In this document: positions 47,381 through 54,562 of the stretch, one piece after another
How the letters are laid out: each line of letters starts with the position of its first letter
Position numbering within the stretch: position 1 is the first letter of the stretch
Sequence record: MK373795.1
DNA: 63,595 nt
Source of the DNA: Escherichia phage vB_EcoS_HdSG1
Reading direction: 5' to 3' (one strand)
The notes under the pieces: generated by a model
What the model was told of the DNA's origin: nothing
The model's database searches: none
The model's input: only the letters and a program-made list of their open reading frames with translations
Made by a program: the position numbers and the translations under genes

Positions 47381-48310
47381 TTACTGTGCAGCGTCATCGC
47401 CTTCAGTGGAACGTTTCCACGGTGGAGTCTTGGTCTGAGCTGCTTTAGCGATATCGTCCTGGACTTCAGGTTCTGCATGGTTAGCAGTACCAGTGTTTTG
47501 AGCTTGAGTTTGCGGTTGCTCTGCTCCAGGCTGTACCTGCTGAGTTGCCCAGTTAGGTTGCTGCGTCTGCTGCGGCTGCTGCGCACCAGTAGCCCACGGT
47601 TGGGATTGTGCCGCACTGTTAAAATCAACTGTTCCAGACTGCTGCTGTTGCTGTACAGGTTGTTGCTGTACCGGCTGCTGCGGCTGTTGTTGCTGCTGCG
47701 GTTGCTGGAACCCCTGAGTCTGAGGTTGTTGCTGCTGTTGCTGCGGCTGCTGCCCAAATGCGCCCGGGAAACCCTGCTGCGGTTGCTGCTGTGGTTGCTG
47801 AGTACCACCGAACGCACCGCCACCAAATGCTGGGGATTGTGCTGCCGCTGCCGGAGTTGATTTAGGCAGGTTAGCCATATCCGCCTTAGTTGCGTATACA
47901 ACACCTTCCATATTATCAATTGCTTGATAAATCTGAGGTTCTTTGTTTGGCTCATAGCCAGGTTGCTGACGAACTTTCACTTTCAGGTTAAACGGAATAC
48001 CGTGCAGTTGTTCAGTATCGTTCCAGACTGGAACTTTAACAGCACGAGACAGCTCTGCCAGCTCTTCCATTGCAATCTGTACAGCGACAGGGTTCGCGTT
48101 CTTGACGTTGTAACCGCCAAACATTACACGACCAGCAAAATCGCCCTGCATAATCTTAAACTGAAGATTCAGACGCGCACCGCCTGGAGTTTTAGTCGGT
48201 TTGATTTCAGAGTTTACAATCTGAACAACATACCAACCAGCGGGCATCAAGCTGTTGTGTTGACGCTCTGCGTGCTGTCCAGCGTTAAATTGCATTCCTA
48301 AACCGGCCAT
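47381..48310 (-). CDS. putative ssDNA-binding protein with long Gln/Pro-rich linker
   Basis: 309 aa; N-terminal approx 150-aa globular domain, approx 110-aa Q/P-rich region, acidic C-terminus; next to RecA-like ATPase. Confidence 0.4.
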   Translation of the reverse strand: MAGLGMQFNAGQHAERQHNSLMPAGWYVVQIVNSEIKPTKTPGGARLNLQFKIMQGDFAGRVMFGGYNVKNANPVAVQIAMEELAELSRAVKVPVWNDTEQLHGIPFNLKVKVRQQPGYEPNKEPQIYQAIDNMEGVVYATKADMANLPKSTPAAAAQSPAFGGGAFGGTQQPQQQPQQGFPGAFGQQPQQQQQQPQTQGFQQPQQQQQPQQPVQQQPVQQQQQSGTVDFNSAAQSQPWATGAQQPQQTQQPNWATQQVQPGAEQPQTQAQNTGTANHAEPEVQDDIAKAAQTKTPPWKRSTEGDDAAQ

Positions 48311-49056
48311 TATTGTACCCCTTTGATTTTGTTAATGATTGCACCGAGATGTGGATATTCCATCTGTTCTAACGAACCAGAACGATCTTTACATACATTT
48401 GACAGATCTGGTCTTGTCAGCAGATAACGAAAATCTGCTTGAGTATTTTGGTCTTTACCAACACTAATCTTGAAAACTTCATCAAAAAAGTATGGTAATT
48501 CTGGACCTAATTTTGCACCAGGCATAGAAGGACCATAAGACGTAATACCTGTTAACTCGTCCTTATTACGGGACATTTTAGCTGCCATGTATACGTTAAG
48601 TCCAGGGATATCTCGAAAAGCACGAACCAACGTTTGCATCTTCTCAATGAGATCCCCATAAGCCTGACGCGGATCCTTTACAGTACGCTTCGCATTGTTA
48701 AGGCACTTTTCAGCAATCTCAGTAAGTGAATCCAGCGCAAGAGACTGAAAGCGCGGTAAACCATCTTCACCTACAGGGTTGTTTGCAGGGTTAGTCGCCC
48801 AAACATAAGCCTGCTCCACATCCTGGATATTTTCAACCGTAATGGTTGGAATATCGTAACAGATATCTGGTCTGTTTTCACCAAACACACGAGCAATGTT
48901 ATTCGGTGTTAAAGACAGAAGCCCAGACTCTGCAGAAATCAGCAACGGTCTTGGAAGAGTTGCTGTAAGCATGGTCTTACCCATACCGGATTCACCATAC
49001 ACAAGCATCTTGACACCAGTGTCCAAAACTGCCTGCGCGGTAGTTGTAAATTGCAT
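48310..49056 (-). CDS. RecA-like recombination ATPase (Sak4-like)
   Basis: 248 aa; Walker A VYGESGMGKT. Confidence 0.55.
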   Translation of the reverse strand: MQFTTTAQAVLDTGVKMLVYGESGMGKTMLTATLPRPLLISAESGLLSLTPNNIARVFGENRPDICYDIPTITVENIQDVEQAYVWATNPANNPVGEDGLPRFQSLALDSLTEIAEKCLNNAKRTVKDPRQAYGDLIEKMQTLVRAFRDIPGLNVYMAAKMSRNKDELTGITSYGPSMPGAKLGPELPYFFDEVFKISVGKDQNTQADFRYLLTRPDLSNVCKDRSGSLEQMEYPHLGAIINKIKGVQ

Positions 49057-49120
49057 AAGTTGTTCCTTGTGTGGTTACGGTTGCAATACTAGGACCTAAT
49101 TAACCTGAATGCAAACGTGA

Positions 49121-50065
49121 TTATTCACTAATATCTGTTGGATCACGGAAACTTTGATGCGTAGGAATACGCAATTTGTCTTTCATACCGTGAGCAAAGA
49201 ATTTCCATTTAGAAATCTTCCCAATGAATTCATCAGGATGCTCAAAATAATATTTACGTTCTTCGTGCGTAAGACGACCAGCACCTACACGCATCTCTTG
49301 CCCGACTTCAATAAGATCTTCAAGGCCTTCTGGTACTGTAAGCACACGTACATCAAATGAGCCAACCATACCATTTGGAACCATATTAGCTTGATGGCTT
49401 GAACGATAAGTCTGCCCTAACTCATTAATCTGGGCTTCATTCTCATTGGTGCAACCTTCGATAATACGAATGATCTCACCTTCACCATCAGTGAAACGTT
49501 TAATGCGGAGATAACCGCCTTCACGCTGCGTACTACGACCCCATTTATATTTCGCTTCAAGGTCACGAATAATAACGCCTTCGTACCCCATATCGAGCCA
49601 AATATTTTCCCACTCCAGGAGTTCTTGTTCGTTGTTAACCACATACAGTGGTACAAGTTTCACGTCCATCAACTCGCCGTTAGCATGGCATTCGTCCACG
49701 TACTTCTTGAGCATATCATAACGCTCTTTGTACGGTAGATGTGCAACATTTGGTTCGCACAAATCGAATACATGCCACGTCCAAACGTATTCACCTTCAA
49801 TTTTAGATGTTGCACTACTTGTCTTGCGACATAAGTCAAAGTCCGTTTCGTTCCCAACGGCAAGCTCACCGTCCATACCATCATAGATGGGGGATCCAAA
49901 TACCTTTGCGACCTGCTTATTTGCAAAAGATTTAAGACTTCGTCCAACAAGCTCCCCAAACGGTTTCATTCCACGAACGCCGTCAATTTTAGGCATAATA
50001 CCTACAGGATATTTCTGTTTAGCTGAATCCCAATCTGTTGCAAGAAAAGGTTTAAATCGAGCCAT
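49121..50065 (-). CDS. ATP-dependent DNA ligase
   Basis: 314 aa; adenylation motif I KIDGVR. Confidence 0.75.
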   Translation of the reverse strand: MARFKPFLATDWDSAKQKYPVGIMPKIDGVRGMKPFGELVGRSLKSFANKQVAKVFGSPIYDGMDGELAVGNETDFDLCRKTSSATSKIEGEYVWTWHVFDLCEPNVAHLPYKERYDMLKKYVDECHANGELMDVKLVPLYVVNNEQELLEWENIWLDMGYEGVIIRDLEAKYKWGRSTQREGGYLRIKRFTDGEGEIIRIIEGCTNENEAQINELGQTYRSSHQANMVPNGMVGSFDVRVLTVPEGLEDLIEVGQEMRVGAGRLTHEERKYYFEHPDEFIGKISKWKFFAHGMKDKLRIPTHQSFRDPTDISE

Positions 50066-50642
50066 TGAAATTTACCTTTGTGTGTTCCCGAACAAGAAGT
50101 TTTAACTTCCTAACCCAAGATTGCTGTTTCTCAATGTTAACTTTCTTCGGTTTAGGAATAATGGATTTTGCTGTATCTACTTTTAATTTATCGTAGTCCA
50201 TGCGACGTCTACCTGTCCGCATGTGCATACCCGCAATTTCATCACACTTGTCTTGTGCAAGGCTACGGGAATCCATCCTACCTGAATGACCTTTAACATG
50301 ACGGAACTGGAAACTGAGTCTATTCTCGACAATAGTATCCATGAACCATTTATATATTTGCTGCTCTTCTCCTCTCGGTGGACGTTTACCTTCGAACATA
50401 TGGATAGCTGCTTTGCAATCCGTCTGGAACAATATAACGTCGTTTGTGTAGATAAGTCCAGCCTCTATACCGTGATATAAACCGTTAGCTACTGCAATAC
50501 ATTCAACTACGGTATTATCCGTGTGACCATGCGCAGGACCACCAAAAGCCTTCTTACCCCGCTTGGAGGCTACCCAAATCCCATAGCCTCCACATTTAGT
50601 ACGGTGACAAAACGACGCATCCGATATTATCGTGATGAGCAT
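50052..50642 (-). CDS. ribonuclease H
   Basis: 196 aa; RNase H-like DASF...GGYG and HVKGHSG...DEIA motifs. Confidence 0.65.
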   Translation of the reverse strand: MLITIISDASFCHRTKCGGYGIWVASKRGKKAFGGPAHGHTDNTVVECIAVANGLYHGIEAGLIYTNDVILFQTDCKAAIHMFEGKRPPRGEEQQIYKWFMDTIVENRLSFQFRHVKGHSGRMDSRSLAQDKCDEIAGMHMRTGRRRMDYDKLKVDTAKSIIPKPKKVNIEKQQSWVRKLKLLVREHTKVNFNGSI

Positions 50643-51068
50643 TTAACCCTTCTTAACAGCGATCTTAACCTGTGGAGAACCTGGAGTTGTGGTCACACAT
50701 TCGTCAAAGATCGCCAACTGTTCAGCTGTGAGCTTACGATATGCAGCCACACGGAGTTCTACTTTAGTTTCAGTAACTTCGTTAACATCCACACCAGCTT
50801 CAATAAGGTCTGGCAGGATCTGACTAAAGATCGCCTTATCAACTTTACGCGTATAAGGTTGAGTAACAACAAGATCATCACCTGTATCAAGTTTGATCTT
50901 GTTAGTATTTTCATTGAGACCATCTGGAAAGAAGACGCTAACCACACTCTGGCGCAGTGCGCGTTCTTGCGCTTGCACTTTGGCCAATTCTTCTTTCTTA
51001 GAATACCAGTTGTAAAGGAGTTCGTACTTCTGCTCTTCAGTTAAGTTCATTTCTGGTAACTGGACCAT
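50643..51068 (-). CDS. hypothetical protein
   Basis: 141-aa ORF. Confidence 0.55.
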   Translation of the reverse strand: MVQLPEMNLTEEQKYELLYNWYSKKEELAKVQAQERALRQSVVSVFFPDGLNENTNKIKLDTGDDLVVTQPYTRKVDKAIFSQILPDLIEAGVDVNEVTETKVELRVAAYRKLTAEQLAIFDECVTTTPGSPQVKIAVKKG

Positions 51069-51143
51069 GTTATTGCCCTCGTTGTTTGCTAACAGGGGTA
51101 TAATACTTAGAATTAAATTCCTTGTAAATACCCCTAAATATGA

Positions 51144-51662
51144 TTACAACTTACCAGTAGAACCAAAACCCCCGCGGCCTGTTTCTTCTACAATACCAGA
51201 AACAATGCGCGTACGAACCAACTCCACAAGACGCGCTTGTGCAATACGTTCGCCAACCTGGACTGTGTAAGGTGCATAAGAGTCATTATGCAGACGTATT
51301 TTCAACTCGTCGCGGTAATCATGATCAATGATACCCGTACAATTACCTAAACGAATCCCGTGTTTAAACCCGTGACCGCTACGTGAATAGACTTCCATAC
51401 CGTAACCATGAGGGATCTGCAGCTTAATACCTGTGTTGAACGTATAAGCACGACCGGCATAAATAGTTACAGGCTCTGGTTCATCCGCATAGATATCAAA
51501 GCACATAGAACCTGGAGTGGCAAATCGTGGTATTTGAGCAGTGTCCGTAAGGAGTTCCACAATTAGCTGTTCCACAGCGCCATCTTGAACCGCAATAGTA
51601 CCTTTGACACTTACATCTTTGATAATATCAGACATATTGTCTTTCTTAGTCATGTTTTTCAC
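51144..51662 (-). CDS. dut: dUTP diphosphatase
   Basis: RSGHGFKHGIRLGNCTGIIDHDYRDE and C-terminal RGGFGSTG motifs; start may be ATG 51653. Confidence 0.85.
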   Translation of the reverse strand: MKNMTKKDNMSDIIKDVSVKGTIAVQDGAVEQLIVELLTDTAQIPRFATPGSMCFDIYADEPEPVTIYAGRAYTFNTGIKLQIPHGYGMEVYSRSGHGFKHGIRLGNCTGIIDHDYRDELKIRLHNDSYAPYTVQVGERIAQARLVELVRTRIVSGIVEETGRGGFGSTGKL

Positions 51663-51801
51663 TCTCTTTATTAGACAGACGTTGTTCCCATTGTTGCTTT
51701 AACTGATAATAACGATAAGCGTCCTCACCAGTTTCAGCTTCCCGTTGCATACGTTCACACCATTGAACGGGACTTTCCTCACAACTCACTTCTTACACCT
51801 C

Positions 51802-52263
51802 CTAAGCGTGGCCGTTTCTCTTAATGTATTCGTAAGCATGTGATTTAAAGATTATCCGAAAATCTTCCAGGGATATTTCACATCTCGGAGGATCTTCTTT
51901 GTGATGTTTCGCTTCATCAGCGAAAAGCATGATAGGGTTCATATACAGGACTACGCGCCAGGGCTTCTTATTCTGACGGTACATAAGAACTGGAAACTTG
52001 TCTGCTTCCAATGCACTCTTAACACACTGCGCCCACCATGTGTTAATTGATAGCTGCTCCTGTCGTTTAACTTCCACCGCATAGAAACAGGTATTTGTGA
52101 TATCACAACCACCTACAGCACTCTGATTCTGGTTACGTTGTGCTATGGGCTTTTCTGGATAAGTCATTCCAAGAGCGGCGTAAACTTCTTCATAAATGTC
52201 ATTAAAGAATTTACAGATCTCACGCTCACCTGTCTGACCTTTAGTACGAGGATTAGCTCCCAT
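51802..52263 (-). CDS. hypothetical protein (possible PD-(D/E)xK nuclease)
   Basis: ATG 52263 with GGATGGAG; D...EVK motif. Confidence 0.4.
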   Translation of the reverse strand: MGANPRTKGQTGEREICKFFNDIYEEVYAALGMTYPEKPIAQRNQNQSAVGGCDITNTCFYAVEVKRQEQLSINTWWAQCVKSALEADKFPVLMYRQNKKPWRVVLYMNPIMLFADEAKHHKEDPPRCEISLEDFRIIFKSHAYEYIKRNGHA

Positions 52264-52449
52264 GTTATAAATCTCCATCCAAAAAATAGGGGGTACACAA
52301 GTACCCCCGAAAGCGAAGCATATAATAGATAATAACATGTCAGCGAGAGGCAGCCTTCGAAAAGGGGTAATCTACCAACCACTCTCGCAAATAATGTTAA
52401 CCTGTTTACGTGTTTGATTACAATACACGAATTCGTCAGAATTCACAGG

Positions 52450-52725
52450 TCACAGTGTACATTTTTGCCAATGGCCCATAGAAAATGACAGCGAAGTGCA
52501 GACAACTTCCAACCCGTTATCATCACGTACCACGGGCAAAGCTAAGCCGCTGCGGGCGTTATGTACAGTGCGGTGTACTCTATACACAGAGTTATGCGTA
52601 AAGCGCCGCGTGTTCGCGTTTGTGCAGCGTAATAACGATCCGATATGCACAAGTGGAGCAGGCATAGTGAAGCCAATCATTAGATCCTTCTCTTTCTTAT
52701 TAGGCTGGCGTACAGTTACATTCAT
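52450..52725 (-). CDS. hypothetical protein
   Basis: 91-aa ORF; ATG overlaps stop of upstream HTH gene. Confidence 0.5.
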   Translation of the reverse strand: MNVTVRQPNKKEKDLMIGFTMPAPLVHIGSLLRCTNANTRRFTHNSVYRVHRTVHNARSGLALPVVRDDNGLEVVCTSLSFSMGHWQKCTL

Positions 52726-52901
52726 TGTGTCGTCCCCTCATTTAAAGATTCCAGGCGCTCACCTAACAAAATGAGCGATTTAATTTGATGCGGTTTCTTA
52801 CCAAGATGATCGGCAATGTGGTTATAAGTAAAACCTTTCTCCCGCATACGATAAGCAGTAATAGCGGCATTGCGATTGCGGATATCGGTTTTCTTACTCA
52901 T
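52722..52901 (-). CDS. small helix-turn-helix DNA-binding protein (59 aa)
   Basis: Hand-translated MSKKTDIRNRNAAITAYRMREKGFTYNHIADHLGKKPHQIKSLILLGERLESLNEGTTQ; RBS TAAGGAGA; ATGA overlaps with both neighbours; below track cutoff. Confidence 0.55.
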   Translation of the reverse strand: MSKKTDIRNRNAAITAYRMREKGFTYNHIADHLGKKPHQIKSLILLGERLESLNEGTTQ

Positions 52902-53206
52902 GGTAAACTAATTCTCCTTAATTTAGCTTCAATGCGATTAATTAACATTGAGATACTACGATCTGCAACCGTATGATGTGGTTCGTAGTAACCGTATGCC
53001 CAATAGTTTACCTCTTGCCCGCAATGATTACAATTAATCTTTGACTCGCACACAGGTGAATAGTATCCATCGACTTGAGCTACAACAGTTTCTGTAAATT
53101 CAGTGTGACCACACTTTGGGCATCGTATGCACTTCATTTCCTTGTCGTAGTTTGATCGAAAAGTATAAGGCTTCCATCCTAACACCTTGTATATTTTGCT
53201 AGGCAT
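52898..53206 (-). CDS. zinc-ribbon protein
   Basis: 102 aa; CIRCPKCGH and CNHCGQ pairs. Confidence 0.55.
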   Translation of the reverse strand: MPSKIYKVLGWKPYTFRSNYDKEMKCIRCPKCGHTEFTETVVAQVDGYYSPVCESKINCNHCGQEVNYWAYGYYEPHHTVADRSISMLINRIEAKLRRISLP

Positions 53207-53430
53207 TAGTGTAGATTCTCTTTAGGTTGTTCTTCGCTCGTCATAAGATGAGCTAATACGCTACATGTGTTTGATTTCTGCCAGGCTTTCTCAATTTCAT
53301 CTAACGAGGATTCTGGTTTACATAAGCGATAGGCTTCCATGAAGGAATTCTGGGCTGCTTCAATGATTGCCAGAGACACTAATACTCTTTCGTCTATCAT
53401 TGTCATCATTTCTTCACATTTATCACACAT
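53206..53430 (-). CDS. hypothetical protein
   Basis: 74-aa ORF. Confidence 0.5.
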   Translation of the reverse strand: MCDKCEEMMTMIDERVLVSLAIIEAAQNSFMEAYRLCKPESSLDEIEKAWQKSNTCSVLAHLMTSEEQPKENLH

Positions 53431-53447
53431 ATTATTTCTCCAGTGTC

Positions 53448-53669
53448 CTAATCATTAATTAATGTGATATCATCCACAAAAAATAAGCTATCATTCTGGA
53501 TACATTTACGTCGATTGATAATATCGTCGACATTGTAGTCCATCAAGGAAGGGTACTCGACCTCATCCTTCATACAAGGCCCATACACACTTAAACCTAA
53601 CTCAGCCAAATGCTGCATGAATCCTTCAAGAGACCTTTTAGTATAAATTGTTGTTTTTAATTTACCCAT
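53448..53669 (-). CDS. hypothetical protein
   Basis: 73-aa ORF. Confidence 0.5.
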   Translation of the reverse strand: MGKLKTTIYTKRSLEGFMQHLAELGLSVYGPCMKDEVEYPSLMDYNVDDIINRRKCIQNDSLFFVDDITLIND

Positions 53670-53709
53670 CGCCCACTCCCTCCTTAAATCTTTAATGACA
53701 AACTGGAAG

Positions 53710-53907
53710 TTAAAAGAACGTACCAGTTAACACATACAGCACAGCGTCACGCAGTGTTGGCAACAAAGGCGAGCAGTTAGGAACGCTGTAGAATTTACGT
53801 GATCCCACTTTAACACTCACTATTGTAATAGAACGTTTATTGCGCTCTACTGCGTAGAGACCACCACCGAGACGACGGACTTTATATAGAGGTTGATGCT
53901 TTTGCAT
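53710..53907 (-). CDS. hypothetical protein
   Basis: 65-aa basic ORF. Confidence 0.45.
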   Translation of the reverse strand: MQKHQPLYKVRRLGGGLYAVERNKRSITIVSVKVGSRKFYSVPNCSPLLPTLRDAVLYVLTGTFF

Positions 53908-53924
53908 GTTTTAACTCCTTTCTT

Positions 53925-54203
53925 TTATTTGCTGACACGTATGGCTCTACCTGTTAAGAAGGTGTATCCACAGTGCCGCATTAAGTCACGTTCTTCTATT
54001 ACACTTCGTAACTGGCGTGACAGCGTTTCATAGTAAGGACGGACTTCGTTCTTACTGATAGCTAAAGCATAGGCGAACAGTTGTTCCGAGTCAATACGAT
54101 TAGACTTGATTCTTTTGATCGCCTGCTCAATTCCTGGGAACTCCTCATCCTGGTATAGAGCACCGTACACAATTTTAATAGCTGCTAGATTGTAACTGGA
54201 CAT
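53925..54203 (-). CDS. hypothetical protein
   Basis: 92-aa ORF. Confidence 0.5.
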   Translation of the reverse strand: MSSYNLAAIKIVYGALYQDEEFPGIEQAIKRIKSNRIDSEQLFAYALAISKNEVRPYYETLSRQLRSVIEERDLMRHCGYTFLTGRAIRVSK

Positions 54204-54238
54204 TTGACCCTCGGACGTAAAATAATTCTTGATACCTA

Positions 54239-54266
54239 TTGCATTCCTAAGGAAATGCTCTATAGT
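54239..54266 (+). promoter_or_regulatory. candidate sigma70 promoter for the orphan plus-strand gene
   Basis: TTGCAT (54239..54244), 16-nt spacer, TATAGT (54261..54266). Confidence 0.4.
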
Positions 54267-54301
54267 ATGTATTATACAGTTTATAAGCGGAGGAACACAA
54301 A

Positions 54302-54532
54302 ATGACTCACCAAGATCTTATAAAAAGAAACATCAGAACTGCAATGAACAAATCAGAGGAATTCTCACATAACTGTACTGATGGCACTCATAAAATCAGA
54401 TACGAATATATGGGATCCCCAACTGTGGTTACATTTGAGAAAGATGAGTATCACGTTGGAGATTTTTCAACACCAGATTACGACGAGATGTTTGAATACG
54501 TTGTATGTGGGTTCTTAAAGTTGCACGAATAA
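54302..54532 (+). CDS. hypothetical protein, only plus-strand gene in the early block
   Basis: 76 aa, RBS GCGGAGGAA, own promoter-like element and terminator. Confidence 0.6.
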   Translation: MTHQDLIKRNIRTAMNKSEEFSHNCTDGTHKIRYEYMGSPTVVTFEKDEYHVGDFSTPDYDEMFEYVVCGFLKLHE

Positions 54533-54536
54533 TATA

Positions 54537-54562
54537 ATGGGCGCATATAGCGCCCATTTTTA
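54537..54562. terminator. bidirectional terminator
   Basis: ATGGGCGC / GCGCCCAT stem, 5-nt loop, TTTTT. Confidence 0.65.

Noticed and set aside
47477-48301. Plus-strand Leu/Arg-rich ORFs opposite the Gln-rich SSB-like gene
   Set aside because: Antisense reading of the CAG/CAA-type repeat region; low complexity; no RBS.
52785-52976. Plus-strand 63-aa ORF
   Set aside because: Antisense to the well-supported small HTH gene and the zinc-ribbon gene.
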